Shown here in pieces: positions 23,401 through 33,941 of a stretch of DNA of 64,000 nucleotides. Position 1 is the stretch's first letter, and each line of letters opens with the position of its first letter. The notes beneath the pieces were generated by a model, which did not search any database, had not been told where the DNA came from, and saw nothing but the letters and a program-made list of their open reading frames with translations. A program made the translations under genes and the position numbers. The stretch is from an uncultured Planctomycetota bacterium (GTDB lineage: Bacteria > Planctomycetota > Planctomycetia > Isosphaerales > Isosphaeraceae), in assembly GCA_963823665.1 (NCBI GenBank), contig CAWGMQ010000010.1:2400001-2464000 (forward strand). Reading direction: 5' to 3'.

Positions 23401-24643
23401 AGAGATTCACGTTGGCCAGGAGGGCCTTCAACCCGTCCAGTTGGACCGGCTTGGTCAGATGGGAGTTGAAGCCCGCCTCTTGAGAGCTGCGCCGATCTTC
23501 GTCTCCGGAGTATCCGGACAACGCGACCAGAACCGCCCCTTGAAGATCGAGATCCTCACGGAGGTGGTGGGCAACCTCGAGCCCGCCCATGCCGGGCATA
23601 CTGATATCGCAGAAAACCACTTCGGGTGCTTCAATCCGCGCCAGTTCGAGCGCTGTCTCGCCGTCGTACGCGGTTCTTACCTCGTGGCCGGCGAGTCGCA
23701 GCAGCATCGCCATGCTGTCGGTCGCATCCTTGTTGTCGTCGACGAGAAGGATTCGTCGCGGCGGCGCACACTCCGCCAGCAATCGCCCGTCCTCCACCGC
23801 GCCATCTCGCTCGGGCATCTTGTTCTTCAGAAGTGGCAGACGAACCACCAGCTCGGTCCCCCGCCCGAGGCCCGCACTCGAAGCTTGCACACAACCTCCA
23901 TGCAGCTCGACCACGTTGCGCACCAGGGCCAGTCCAATGCCGAGTCCCTCGTCGCCACGGCTCGGCGAGATTGTTGCCTGGGTAAACAGATCGAAGATTC
24001 TTGGCAGCATCGCCGGCTCGATCCCGATGCCAGCGTCGCGCACGCGCAGCATGGCCGAGTCGCCAATCACCTGCACGCTCAACTCGATGCGGCCCCCGTT
24101 TTCCGAATACTTTGCGCTGTTGTTGAGAAGGTTTGTCACGACCTGGGCCAGCCGTCCCGCGTCTCCTTCGACCAGGACTTCATACGCAGGAAGCGATAAC
24201 GCCAGCACATGCCTTTTCGCTTCGATCAGGGGACCGCTCATTTCGACAGCCAGCGCCACCACGGCCCTCAAGTCCACCGGTTTCATGTTCAGATTGATCT
24301 TGCCGTGACCCACTCGAGAGACGTCGAGCAAATCGTCAACCAGCCGGGAAAGCTGCTGGACCTGACGCTCGACCATCTCCGTCACCTGCTGAAGCTCGGG
24401 ATCGGCCGCACTCTTCAAGCGCAAGATTTGCATCGCGCTCCGGATCGGCGCCAGCGGATTGCGCATCTCGTGCCCCAGCATCGCCAGGAACTCATCTTTG
24501 CGCCGGTCTGCTTCCCGGAGATCACGAAGCCTCGCTCCACCGTGCTGGGCAGGCCGTTTTATTTGCGACTGAAGCTCAAAGGGCGCCGCCGATCCCAGCT
24601 TCTGCTCAAACGGCCAACTTCGTTCGATCGTGGTTGTTTTCAT
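23381..24643 (-). CDS. Hybrid histidine kinase (HisKA-HATPase-REC) with no sensor domain
   Basis: DEFLAMLGHEMRNPL, NLLNNSAKY, DAGIGI, GLGIGL; REC ILLVDDN...CDISMP...TKP. Confidence 0.9.
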   Translation of the reverse strand: MKTTTIERSWPFEQKLGSAAPFELQSQIKRPAQHGGARLRDLREADRRKDEFLAMLGHEMRNPLAPIRSAMQILRLKSAADPELQQVTEMVERQVQQLSRLVDDLLDVSRVGHGKINLNMKPVDLRAVVALAVEMSGPLIEAKRHVLALSLPAYEVLVEGDAGRLAQVVTNLLNNSAKYSENGGRIELSVQVIGDSAMLRVRDAGIGIEPAMLPRIFDLFTQATISPSRGDEGLGIGLALVRNVVELHGGCVQASSAGLGRGTELVVRLPLLKNKMPERDGAVEDGRLLAECAPPRRILLVDDNKDATDSMAMLLRLAGHEVRTAYDGETALELARIEAPEVVFCDISMPGMGGLEVAHHLREDLDLQGAVLVALSGYSGDEDRRSSQEAGFNSHLTKPVQLDGLKALLANVNLFTAGSR

Positions 24644-24718
24644 CGGTCGCACCATGGATCCTTTGGTACTCGATGGCGAAGTCGTCCCAGGCGTCTTTCC
24701 CCATGCCTCGCGGCCAGC

Positions 24719-24826
24719 AAAAAAAAACGGCGCGGCGCACAACCCGAAGGTGTCCGCCGCGCCGGCTTACTCGTCAACGAGCCCCCCGCCACTGGCGAGT
24801 TGCCCTTCATCTAGTCGTCCGACGAT
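24719..24826 (-). ncRNA. Repeated leader/attenuator element, copy 1 (upstream of hybrid kinase)
   Basis: Sense UCGUCGGACGACUAGAUGAAGGGCAACUCGCCAGUGGCGGGGGGCUCGUUGACGAGUAAGCCGGCGCGG...CCGCGCCG-U9; promoter TTGCTA-N16-CATAAT at 24900-24873. Confidence 0.8.
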
Positions 24827-24998
24827 ATTTTTTTGGGTCGCCTGGGCGTTTGCGTAGGCCCCGGTGGGTCCCATTATGCCGCGCCCCGCAGAAATAGCAA
24901 GGGACATCGCTCGATTCACGATGCCGGGATCATCAACCAGCCGGAGAGAATCAAGGTTCCGGCTGACATCCTGCCGAAACCTTGAATTTCAGCCGGAA

Positions 24999-25841
24999 TC
25001 AGTCTCGCGACCCCCTCCCGAGCAACTTCTTTCCGACGACAGGCAGCCCCAGCAGCACCCACCCGATGAGAGCGAGAGTCATTGTGCCGGGTTCTGGAAC
25101 AGACGCCGGCGAGATGCAGTTGGTGATGGTGTTCGACTGGAGCGTCACAGCACCATTAAGCGCCAGCGCGCTTCCGTCAAGGATAGTTGCGCCGGTGTTC
25201 ATCGTGATGCTCGCGTCCGCGAGAATGTGTCCTGCGAACGCACTGTCTGTATTGAGCGTCGCGGAGCTGCCAACCTGCCAAAACACCGTGCACCCTGCCA
25301 TCGGAACCGAACCGCCGCCGGCGTTCAGCTCTGCCACGACAGCGGAGCTGCTCGCGGTCGTGAGCGTGCTCCCAATCTGGAACACGAATTGGGCATTCGC
25401 GTTGCCCTCGTAGTTGAGGGTGAGCGTGCCCGTCAGTTGCGCCGACGAAGAAAAGAAGTACGTCCCCGGCGTTAACGTGAGCCCGCCAAGATCCATACCA
25501 GTCAAGTTCTGCGTGGGCGCAAGTCCCGCCGCAACGTTGTAGGCAGAGAGCGCATCAGCCTGTGCCTGCATCGCCACGGCATCCGTTATGTGCGTCGTGA
25601 ATGGCGGCGTGATCGTCCCCGGCCCCCCATCGACACTGGCGAAGCCCGTGATCGACGTGCCTGGGTAAAGCCCGACATCTCCGCCGTTGATGACAGTCGG
25701 ACCAGTGTTGGTCACCGTCGATGCACCCAGCACCGCAAAGTTTCCCGAAGTACCGAGGTTAATGCCGCCGCCGGCCATCGCGTGGGGTGAAAAACCGACG
25801 AGTGTCGCGATCGCGATCAGAACCAGGATCTTGCACCTCAT
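24999..25841 (-). CDS. Ice-binding protein (DUF3494) with PEP-CTERM sorting signal
   Basis: Signal peptide; FAVLGASTVTNTGPTVI, DLGGLTLTPGTY, FVFQIGSTLTTA, VFWQVGSSATL; C-terminal VPEP, TM segment and basic tail. Confidence 0.9.
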   Translation of the reverse strand: MRCKILVLIAIATLVGFSPHAMAGGGINLGTSGNFAVLGASTVTNTGPTVINGGDVGLYPGTSITGFASVDGGPGTITPPFTTHITDAVAMQAQADALSAYNVAAGLAPTQNLTGMDLGGLTLTPGTYFFSSSAQLTGTLTLNYEGNANAQFVFQIGSTLTTASSSAVVAELNAGGGSVPMAGCTVFWQVGSSATLNTDSAFAGHILADASITMNTGATILDGSALALNGAVTLQSNTITNCISPASVPEPGTMTLALIGWVLLGLPVVGKKLLGRGSRD

Positions 25842-26183
25842 TTCGGACCTCCTTCGTCGAACGAACGCTTGTCGCCGCCCGTGCTTGAGGATGAATGCGA
25901 TTCAGAATGAAGGCGCCGATCCGCAGGAACCCAAAGGCCGAGTTCGATCGACGGGCGTCCCTGCCTGGATTGCCCTCCGTGCGCCATCCGATACCCACGC
26001 ATCCGCGCCCTAACAAGTCCAGCCTATGACGGAGAGACGCCGGCGGTGTAGCGGGAAAACCCTGGGATGCGCGGGGAAATGACCTGGGATCGAGTCGGGA
26101 AAAGACTGTAAGAGCGGAAGCGACGCGACGATCTCCAATTCGCCGATGGCCGGGTTGGGGAGAGCCGATCCGCGTGCCGGTCG

Positions 26184-26843
26184 CTAGACGTCCGGAGTGA
26201 TCACACCCATCCGGATCGCAAAGCGCACCAGGCCCGCGATGTGGTGGACATCGAGCGCATTCATCAATTGACTCCGATGCGTCTCCACCGCCTTGACGCC
26301 GAGCCCCAGCTTGCGGGCGATCTCTTTGGTTGTGTCCCCTTCCGCGACCAACTGCAGCACCTCGCGCTGGCGCGGCGTGAGGCGCTCGACCGGGCTGGTC
26401 ATCTCGCTGCCGACGCGTTTGACGTAGGCCGCGATGACGTGCTTGGAAATCGCCGAGCAGAGGTATGTTTCGCCCCGGGCAACCGCCCGGATCGCATGCT
26501 CGAGCTCCTGGGGGCTGGTGTTCTTGAGCAGGTAGCCGGCCGCGCCCAGGCGAAGCGCTTGCAGGACGCACTCCTCGTTGCCGTTCATGGAGAGGATGAT
26601 GGTTCGCGTCCGCGGCGAAACTGCGGCCACGCGTGCGGTCGCGTCGAGGCCATTCATCTCCGGCATCATGATGTCCATCAGGACGACGTCGGGGTGATGC
26701 ACCTTACACAGGCGCAGCGAGTCGCGGCCGTCGCCCGCCTCGGCGACGATTTCGACGCCGGCAATGCCTTGCACCAGGGAGCGGATCCCCGCACGGAAGA
26801 GGTCGTGATCGTCGGCGAGCAGGACGCGGATCGGCGTGCTCAC
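26184..26843 (-). CDS. NarL/LuxR family response regulator
   Basis: VLLADDH...DVVLMDIMMP...LTPRQREVLQLVAEG. Confidence 0.92.
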   Translation of the reverse strand: MSTPIRVLLADDHDLFRAGIRSLVQGIAGVEIVAEAGDGRDSLRLCKVHHPDVVLMDIMMPEMNGLDATARVAAVSPRTRTIILSMNGNEECVLQALRLGAAGYLLKNTSPQELEHAIRAVARGETYLCSAISKHVIAAYVKRVGSEMTSPVERLTPRQREVLQLVAEGDTTKEIARKLGLGVKAVETHRSQLMNALDVHHIAGLVRFAIRMGVITPDV

Positions 26844-28333
26844 TGCTGGCCCTCCTCGTGCGGCTCATCCGCCGGAGGTGTGGCTGTCAGGGGGAACCAG
26901 ACGCAGACGCTGGCTCCATGACCCGGTTGCGACTCGACCGTGGCACGGCCGCCCAGCAGCGCGACCCGTTCTTGAATCGCCAGCAGGCCGAAGGCCACGC
27001 CCCCGCGGGCGCGGAGGCGCGCGGCCTCGAGATCGAAGCCGACTCCATCGTCACGAACGAGCAGTCGGACCTGCTCCTCACCCTGCTGCAGCTCGACCCA
27101 GACGTTTCGCGCGTGTGCGTGCCGCACGACGTTGGTAAGTGCCCCCTGGGCGATTCGGAAGCAGGCGGTGGCCAGGCTCGGGGGGAGCGGCGCCGACGAC
27201 GACTCGACGGCGAAGTGCGCGACCAGGGCCGACCGCTGCGCCTGGCGATCCACCAGCCAGCGCAATGAGGCCGCCAGTCCAAGGTCGTCGAGCATGTAGG
27301 GCCGTAATTCGAGCGAGAGGTTGCGCACTTGCTCAACGGCCTGGTCGACGATCTGGATGCTTTCCTCGATCCGGGGAGAAGCGGCGGCGCTCGCAGTGGC
27401 TTTGAGCCCTTGCAGATTGACGCCGACCGCGCTCAAGACCTGCCCGATTTCATCGTGCAGCTCGCGGGCAATGTGCCGGCGCTCCTGCTCCTGAACCTCA
27501 ACGACGCGCCGGGAAAGGACCTGCAGTCGCTCGGCCGTGCTGCGCAGGGCCTCTTCGGCCTTCTTGCGCTCGGAGATGTCGCGAGAGATTCCGAGGACGC
27601 CGATCACCTCTCCGTTTGCATTCCTGTACGGCGCCTTGGTCGTGAGCAAAGTTCGAGTAACGCCCGCCGCTGTGACGAGCTCCTCGAGCGTCGTGCTTTC
27701 TTCGCTCTCCATCACCCGACGGTCGATCGCCCTGATACACTCGGCTGTCTCCGGGGCAAACAACACGCTCGCGTCCCGGCCGATCACTTCCGCGACGGTC
27801 CTGCCGAGACCCCGCGCACCATGGGAATTGATCATCAAGTTGCGGCCGTCGACGTACTTGACGTAGATCGCGTCCGAAACGCCTTCGATCACCGCGTGCA
27901 AGTCGGTGATATCGCGCGAGATGCCGAGCACGCCCACGATACGGCCTCGATCGTCTCGGAACGGTCCCTTGGTGCTTACAAGCATCCTCATCGGTTTTGG
28001 GCACGATAACGTCTGCTCGAGGGTTATGGTTATCCCATCCGCCGCGATTTGCCGGTCGATTTGCATCATCTCCCAGGCGTCGTCGGCCGCGAATAGTTCT
28101 GTATCATCCTTGCCGATGGCCTCTTCCGCCGGCATTCCCAACACGCCCGCGCACGCCGTGTTGACCAGCGTGTAGCGCCCCTGTGCGTCTTTGGCATAGA
28201 CCGCGTCGGGAATCAGTTCAGTCGCGGCTAGCAACACGGCGCATCTAGCGCGCACAGCGCCGGCAGAAGCGCGCAGCGCGCACAAATCTTCAAGCAATTG
28301 CTCTCGAGTCTTGCCCGAGTCTTCTGCGTCCAT
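26840..28333 (-). CDS. PAS-PAS sensor histidine kinase (HisKA_3)
   Basis: Two PAS/PAC repeats, ERRHIARELHDEIGQ, LTNVVRHA, DDGVGF; overlaps the response regulator start. Confidence 0.9.
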   Translation of the reverse strand: MDAEDSGKTREQLLEDLCALRASAGAVRARCAVLLAATELIPDAVYAKDAQGRYTLVNTACAGVLGMPAEEAIGKDDTELFAADDAWEMMQIDRQIAADGITITLEQTLSCPKPMRMLVSTKGPFRDDRGRIVGVLGISRDITDLHAVIEGVSDAIYVKYVDGRNLMINSHGARGLGRTVAEVIGRDASVLFAPETAECIRAIDRRVMESEESTTLEELVTAAGVTRTLLTTKAPYRNANGEVIGVLGISRDISERKKAEEALRSTAERLQVLSRRVVEVQEQERRHIARELHDEIGQVLSAVGVNLQGLKATASAAASPRIEESIQIVDQAVEQVRNLSLELRPYMLDDLGLAASLRWLVDRQAQRSALVAHFAVESSSAPLPPSLATACFRIAQGALTNVVRHAHARNVWVELQQGEEQVRLLVRDDGVGFDLEAARLRARGGVAFGLLAIQERVALLGGRATVESQPGHGASVCVWFPLTATPPADEPHEEGQQ

Positions 28334-29104
28334 CTCGGGTAGCCCTTACGAAGCTAGGCACGCTGCCGAGCCTCACATCCTCTATGGGAAATTGTCACGA
28401 CCCGATCGATCACAACCTGGCTGCACTCAGGACGTACCAGCACTCCTCCTAAATTGCCATTCACGATCGCCGTTATCCGTCAGTTAGCGTCGCACCAGAC
28501 TTGCGCGGTGGAGGTGCAGCACCGCACGGGCCCTGTTGGAATACACTATGGCCGAAATGCAGCGGATCGAGCAACGGCGTGAGACCCTGAGTCCCTCTCC
28601 ATACGGCGAGGGGGCGATGCGTTGTGCAATTCGCCGCCGTGCGCACGAACACACGACGAGATGCAGATCCAGTGGTCTAAAACGCCGCTATGGCAAACCT
28701 ATCGAACTCAAATATTAATAGCATGTCAAGTAACTTGTACAAAGACGGCTTATCTAAAACGCGATTGAACATCCAAGTTTGGTTGTAACCCAAGTTCCAG
28801 CATCTAGTTTGCAAAATGGCGTCATCCGCTTTTCTCGCCGAGCACAACGCCATTGTCGTTCATTTTTTCAGTCGCACGTTTATTTTTTTCAACAACTCCC
28901 ACTCATCAGAACGAGTTCGATTGCGTACAACCCAGCCGTGCCCATGATGCCTCGCTCAGCAAAATTAACCGGCGAAACGGTTTAAATCTTGGTACCAAGA
29001 TGATCAACTAGCGGTAGAGCATCGTCGACTCCCAGCAAGGCTGCGACCGGATTCATGCCGGTTTGAAGCCCATCACCCGGTGAGGCAACGCAATCGAGGG
29101 CTCC

Positions 29105-29494
29105 ATGCGAACACAGGGCGAAATCGAAGCCGCCATCTGCGCTGGTATGAGTCGTTTTGAGCAGGAATACATGGGGCGGGGGCCCACGGACATTCGCGCC
29201 CACTTGATCGACGACATTCTTCTCGTCCGCCTCCAGGGTGTCCTGACGGCCGCTGAACAGCATCTGGTCAAGTCCCTTCCGGCCGAGAAGGGGAGAGACT
29301 TGCTCAAGCAAGTGCGCACGCATCTACTCGAAACCGCGCGCCCGCTGATGGAGGCAATGGTCAAGGAAATTACCGGAATCGAGGTCGTCAGCATGCACCA
29401 CGACATCAGCACCGTTAGTGGCGAAGAAGTCGTGCTCTTCACCCTCGCCGAAACACCGCGGGTCCGCGAACCGAAGAGGAATCCGGGCTCCTGA
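29105..29494 (+). CDS. DUF2294 / MpsC-like protein (type A, copy 1)
   Basis: QGEIEAAIC..FEQEYMGRGP..LVRLQGVLTAAE..GRDLLKQVR..SMHHDISTVSGEE. Confidence 0.85.
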   Translation: MRTQGEIEAAICAGMSRFEQEYMGRGPTDIRAHLIDDILLVRLQGVLTAAEQHLVKSLPAEKGRDLLKQVRTHLLETARPLMEAMVKEITGIEVVSMHHDISTVSGEEVVLFTLAETPRVREPKRNPGS

Positions 29495-29497
29495 AGA

Positions 29498-30874
29498 ATG
29501 AACGAGAAGCGATTGTCGTCGGCTGAAAAAATGAACGAGACGGCAACCACTCCCGAGGGCCCGACCTTCCGCTCGGCCAGGCCCGTCTCCTGGGTGATCG
29601 CGGGTGCCCAGATCCTGAACCGCCTCGACCTTGCCTGGCGCAACCGGCTGCGCCTCTCCCAGCCGGATCTGGCGATATTGGGCACGCTCCCTCGCACGGC
29701 GGGAATCATCCTCGCCTCCAATCACGCCGACGAAACGGATATGAAGGCATGCCTCGAGTTATCGCGGCGCTGCCACCGCCGATTTCTCTTCATGATGAAT
29801 CGCGAGGCTTTCGATGAGGCTTCCGGGCTCGCCGGCTGGTGGCTCCAGCGCCTCGGCTCGTTCTCCGTTGAACGAGGCGGCCACAACGACGTCGCAAAAG
29901 ACTTCGCGATCGACGTGGTCAAACGGGCCCAGGACGTGCTCGTCATTTTTCCGGAAGGGGAGATCCACTACCTGAACGATCTGGTGCAGCCGTTCAAAAG
30001 CGGCGCTGTTGAGATTGGAATGCAGGCTGTGGTCAGCCGGCGGCAAACCGATCCCGATTGGACCGCCTACCTCGTCCCGCTGGCCATCAAGTATCGTTAC
30101 CGCCAGGCCATTCAGCCGATCCTTGATGAAAAGACACGCTTGATGGAGCAGCGTCTCTTCCGCAGAGCTCCCTCCGACTCGCTGCCTCACCGCCTGGCAC
30201 GGATCGTCGCCGAGCTTCTCCATCGCCAGGAGATGATCCATGATCTGGCTGCCGACCCGGATCGCCGCGCCGCACTCACCGATCGCGTGCAAGCGGCGCG
30301 GCGGGCGGTGCTGTCGCAGATCGAAGAGGCCCACACCGGCGCGACCGCCGATCCCAGGGCCCAGACGATCGATCGCACCTGGCGCTTGAGCTCCTACCTG
30401 CGGAGCTTGCTGAGACAGGGGGGCGAGTACAGCGACGAAAGCCGCGAAGGCTTCCGCCTCGACCTCGCGGTACTCAAGCGTGTGGCACAGATGGGAAGCT
30501 GGCAGCCAAGCTACGTGGATCTCGACCCGTCGCAGGAACGCCTCGCGGAAATGGTCTTGAAGCTCGAGCGGGAGGTCTACGGCATCAAACGGCCCCGCCA
30601 GCTCGCTAGTCGCGACGTCTTCCTCCGCATCGGCGAGCCGATCGACCTCGGCCAGTTCGTCCCATCTTATCTCGAAAACCCACACGCCACCTGCCATGCA
30701 GTCGCCGAACAGCCTCCGCGCGGTGATCCAGGCCCTGATCAACGACATCGTGACCCCACCGCCAACAAGGTAGCGATCGCTAAAGTGGCGCGACCCCCGA
30801 AGCTTCGCTCTCCGCGTTTAAAAATAAATACTATGATTGTACTTGCATTTCCATATATTTTATATTATCATTGA
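29498..30874 (+). CDS. PlsC-type lysophospholipid acyltransferase (true stop probably ~30773 after a frameshift)
   Basis: SNHADETD (HxxxxD), FSVERG, LVIFPEG, RIGEPI; starts 3 nt after the DUF2294 stop. Confidence 0.85.
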   Translation: MNEKRLSSAEKMNETATTPEGPTFRSARPVSWVIAGAQILNRLDLAWRNRLRLSQPDLAILGTLPRTAGIILASNHADETDMKACLELSRRCHRRFLFMMNREAFDEASGLAGWWLQRLGSFSVERGGHNDVAKDFAIDVVKRAQDVLVIFPEGEIHYLNDLVQPFKSGAVEIGMQAVVSRRQTDPDWTAYLVPLAIKYRYRQAIQPILDEKTRLMEQRLFRRAPSDSLPHRLARIVAELLHRQEMIHDLAADPDRRAALTDRVQAARRAVLSQIEEAHTGATADPRAQTIDRTWRLSSYLRSLLRQGGEYSDESREGFRLDLAVLKRVAQMGSWQPSYVDLDPSQERLAEMVLKLEREVYGIKRPRQLASRDVFLRIGEPIDLGQFVPSYLENPHATCHAVAEQPPRGDPGPDQRHRDPTANKVAIAKVARPPKLRSPRLKINTMIVLAFPYILYYH

Positions 30875-30983
30875 CGACAGAAAACCGGCATGAATCGCAG
30901 CCGAACCCGCCGGCCGCTTTTTCGAGGGGACGAGCCCAAAGAGAACGTCGCGACGGGAAAGGAGAGCCCAGCATGGAACGCTT

Positions 30984-31902
30984 TCAAACCGCATTGCCCA
31001 GCGCCGAAGCACTGCCATTCCGCGGTATCCGGCCCTTGAGCACATTCGAGCGGAAAACCGGTCCGAACGACTGGTCGGGCCGGTTCTGGCTACCCGACGG
31101 TCGACTGGGTACAGCCGGTTCAAAAGTTCTGCCTGGTCCGCTCCGACGGCCAGCTCGGAGAAATGACGATGGATCGCTTCGCGCTGAACGGCGTGTGATG
31201 CCGATGTCGCTGTCCTCGGCGCAGGCCGTTCTCACGCCGCCGGCGACGAACGGCACCACGATCTTGAGAATAAACCGGTAGTGAGCCAGGCTCCCCGCGA
31301 GAACGAAGAAGTGAAAGATCTCGTGAGCACCCAAGGTCCCCGGTAAGATCACCGGCCAGTGCAGCAAGTTGAGCACCGCCCCGACGCTGTAAGAGACGCC
31401 GCCAACGACGATCGGCAACAAGCGCCCGATGAGAGATCGCCCGTGCGATCTCGAAATAACAAACGACCGCGCCCCACCCCATTCCCAGGTAGAGGCAAGT
31501 CGCCAGTCCCGGCGAGAAGTGGAGGCCGGCCGCGATCAGGATCGTGGCCGTCGCTGCCACACCCCAGACGGCCGCCAGCGTCCACCACCGCCAATGGCCT
31601 CGCAAGAGACAAAACGCCATCGGCGTGTAGCTGCCCGCGATCAGAGCAAATATTCCGACGCCGTCCAGCCGGGCGAAAGCGGCAATGCCCGCCTGCGGCA
31701 GCCGCACGCCGTGGTAGAGCGTGCTCGCCAGATAACAGAAGGCCAAGGTCAATCCATAGACGACCACGGTCAACCGCTTGGTCGGCTCCCCCGCACTCCG
31801 TCGCCAGAGCAGGAACGTGCCCGGCACGGCCAGCAATAGCCCGGCGCAGTGGCTCCATGCGCTCACCGGCTCACGAAAGTCAAGAATGCTCATGCTGTTC
31901 AC
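30984..31902 (-). CDS. Hemolysin III / PAQR (TrhA-like) membrane protein, frameshift ~31420
   Basis: EPVSAWSH, ASTLYH, RLDGVGIFALIAGSYTP, LYLGMGW; GAHEIFHFFVLAGSLAHY in the other frame. Confidence 0.85.
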
Positions 31903-31906
31903 CCGG

Positions 31907-32134
31907 TTAATGGCCGGGGCGGCTTGTCACTTGACGCAGAGATCCTCTCATGAACGCCACCACGGTCCAGCCGCTCAGCATTCCCAGGAAGTATATCCCG
32001 ACAGTCAACAGTGCGACCGGCTGGGAAAGATTCCAGTTGAGAAAATTGACCGTGATGATACCGGTGTTCTGAACCGCGAAGACGGCAGTGGCCACCAGCA
32101 GAGCCAGGAAAAGTAACGCCTGCAAGTACCGCAT
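31907..32134 (-). CDS. LapA/DUF1049-like small membrane protein
   Basis: MRYLQALLFLALLVATAVFAVQN..ITVNFLNW..PVALL..FLGML.G. Confidence 0.7.
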   Translation of the reverse strand: MRYLQALLFLALLVATAVFAVQNTGIITVNFLNWNLSQPVALLTVGIYFLGMLSGWTVVAFMRGSLRQVTSRPGH

Positions 32135-32262
32135 CGGGGCACCCCACATCGAAAACTGTTGATTGACCAGAACGTCCACGCTCGAGCGCTTTCTCGAGAC
32201 TCCGCCCGGCCCTCTCCGCAGCGCTCGGCGGATCGACGGCGCCCTCCGCGCTCAGGATTTGT

Positions 32263-32559
32263 TCACAAATGCAAGGCCGGTTTGCGTCCGCTGAACGCTC
32301 GGAGCACGAAGATCAAGACGCAGGCGCCGATAAAGGCCACGAGAATGCTGCCCCAGAACCCGGCCGCCCCCTCGACGAAGAACGAGAGGAGAAGCCCGCC
32401 CAGGAACGAGCCGATCAGGCCGACGATTACGTCGCCCAATACTCCGTAACCGCTCCCCTTCATCATCAAGCCAGCCGACCAGCCGGCGATCAGGCCGACC
32501 ACCAGCCAGGCGATGATCCCTCCCGGTGACAGAACGATTGCGATACTCATGCTACCCAT
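32263..32559 (-). CDS. GlsB/YeaQ/YmgE stress membrane protein
   Basis: IIAWLVVGLIAGW.AG.MMKGSGYGVLGDVIVGLIGSFLGG...VAFIGACVLI. Confidence 0.85.
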   Translation of the reverse strand: MGSMSIAIVLSPGGIIAWLVVGLIAGWSAGLMMKGSGYGVLGDVIVGLIGSFLGGLLLSFFVEGAAGFWGSILVAFIGACVLIFVLRAFSGRKPALHL

Positions 32560-32569
32560 CGTACTCTCC

Positions 32570-32764
32570 TTACTGGAGTGAGAACTCAGTGATCTCTTTA
32601 TCCGCCTGCTCACGCGTGTAGCCGTATTTTCGCTGGAGCAGAACGGAGAGCTGGTCGCTCTGGCCACCGAAAGTCGTCAGGTCGGCGTCGGTCAGCTTGT
32701 CCCACTTTTTCTTCACCATCGCCGTGAACTGCTGCCAGTCGCCGGCGAGTTGATACCACGTCAT
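32570..32764 (-). CDS. CsbD family protein
   Basis: LAGDWQQF...KKKWDKLTDADL...LQRKYGYTREQA. Confidence 0.85.
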   Translation of the reverse strand: MTWYQLAGDWQQFTAMVKKKWDKLTDADLTTFGGQSDQLSVLLQRKYGYTREQADKEITEFSLQ

Positions 32765-32914
32765 GAGCCAACCTCCGAGAAGAGCATTCTCCCAGACTCG
32801 ATCGATCGCCCCGCCAAGGCGGCACAAGGCAGCACGGCCAGCCGCGCGACCGGCTCTCCACGAGCACAAAAATCCGCCAGATCGTGCCACAGCAGCGGTC
32901 CCATCAGAATCCAC

Positions 32915-33079
32915 TCAGAATCCACCGGGAACGTAGCCGGCGAACACCAGCACCAGCAGGATCACGACAAGCAGGCCCAGGCCGCCGCTGGGTCCGTAAC
33001 CCCAGTTCCGGCTGTAGCCCCACCTAGGCAGGCCGCCCACAAGCAGCAAGACCAGGACGACCAGTAAGATCAAACCCAT
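32915..33079 (-). CDS. DUF3309 family small membrane protein
   Basis: MGLILLVVLVLLLVGGLPRWGYSRNWGYGPSGGLG; GAGGAG RBS. Confidence 0.85.
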   Translation of the reverse strand: MGLILLVVLVLLLVGGLPRWGYSRNWGYGPSGGLGLLVVILLVLVFAGYVPGGF

Positions 33080-33199
33080 GGTTGACTCCTCTTGATTAGT
33101 GACCGATTCATAACCAGTGACGCACTGCTCATTCCACCGCACTCTCGGAGCCCGGATTCGTCATCCATGCCCGAACTTGATGTACGAGAGGGTCGTCGC

Positions 33200-33309
33200 A
33201 AAAAAAAACCGGCGTGGTCGAACGCCTTCACGCATTCAACCACGCCGGCTTACTCGTCAACGAGCCCCCCGGCTGTCCCGGGTTGCCCTTCATCTAGTCG
33301 TCCGACGAC
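33200..33309 (-). ncRNA. Repeated leader/attenuator element, copy 2 (upstream of DUF3309-csbD-glsB-lapA-hlyIII)
   Basis: GUCGUCGGACGACUAGAUGAAGGGCAACCCGGGACAGCCGGGGGGCUCGUUGACGAGUAAGCCGGCGUGGUUGAAUGC...GCGUUCGACCACGCCGG-U9; promoter TTGCTA-N16-CACAAT at 33396-33369. Confidence 0.85.
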
Positions 33310-33491
33310 ATCTTTTCAGAGTCTACCGGAGCCGGCTGTCTGTTGACATCGGCTCATCTTCATCTCCCATTGTGACGCGCCGAAAGAGAATAGCAAGTGA
33401 ATTCTTTTCTGATTCTTTTCATCTATTATTCTTGCTATTGCTAATAATCATCATATCTGATCTTATTAGCAGTCGAGTCGCCTCCGCTTGC

Positions 33492-33941
33492 CTACTTGGC
33501 GTCGCCCATGGCCCGCACCATCGCCCGGCACGTCTTTTCGCAGGCGGAACACGCCTTGGCACAGTCCTTCATCTCCGGCGCCTCGAATTTGTCGCACTCG
33601 GCCGCGCACGCCTTGCACGCCTCGGCGCATGCGGCGCAGGAATAGACCATGAGCGGGCTGCTGCTGGCCACCATGTCGGCTGACAGGTCGCAGAACCTGG
33701 CACAGTCGGCGACCAGGCGCAAAGCCTTCGCATGCTCCTTCTTGCCAAGGGCCACCTGCTCGCAACAGTGGTGGAAGGTCTCGTTGCACGAGCGAGCGCA
33801 CTGCTGGCAAGCCCTGAGGCAATCCTCGTGCCCCTCGCTGTGATGGTGCTCCTGGCTTTGGGCCCCGGCGGCCCGCCCGGTCACGGCGAGTAAACCGGCA
33901 GTGGTGGTCCCGAGCACGCCCAGTAATTCTCGACGATCCAT
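33492..33941 (-). CDS. Tat-exported four-helix-bundle copper-storage protein (DUF326/Csp-like)
   Basis: MDRRELLG twin-arginine signal; repeated CxxxCxxC motifs. Confidence 0.85.
   Translation of the reverse strand: MDRRELLGVLGTTTAGLLAVTGRAAGAQSQEHHHSEGHEDCLRACQQCARSCNETFHHCCEQVALGKKEHAKALRLVADCARFCDLSADMVASSSPLMVYSCAACAEACKACAAECDKFEAPEMKDCAKACSACEKTCRAMVRAMGDAK

Noticed and set aside
24895..24912. TTGC upstream of leaders as a sigma54 -12 box
   Set aside because: No GG at the -24 position in the copies checked (1, 3, 6, 7); it fits a -35 box with a -10 16-18 nt downstream.
33255..33292. c-di-GMP-I riboswitch (GGGCAA..CC resemblance)
   Set aside because: No conserved GNRA loop, no GACGCAAAG junction and no second receptor hairpin; an Rfam scan should confirm.
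33220..33295. Leader peptide starting at AUG in ACUAGAUGAAG
   Set aside because: The AUG is present only in copies 1 and 2; other copies have ACG, AUU, ACA, AUA, AGG or GUG.
33092..33346. Recurring peptides KKPAWSN...STTPAYSSTSPP...GCPSSSRPT in many short ORFs
   Set aside because: These are translations of the repeated element in various frames, with no consistent start, stop or RBS.
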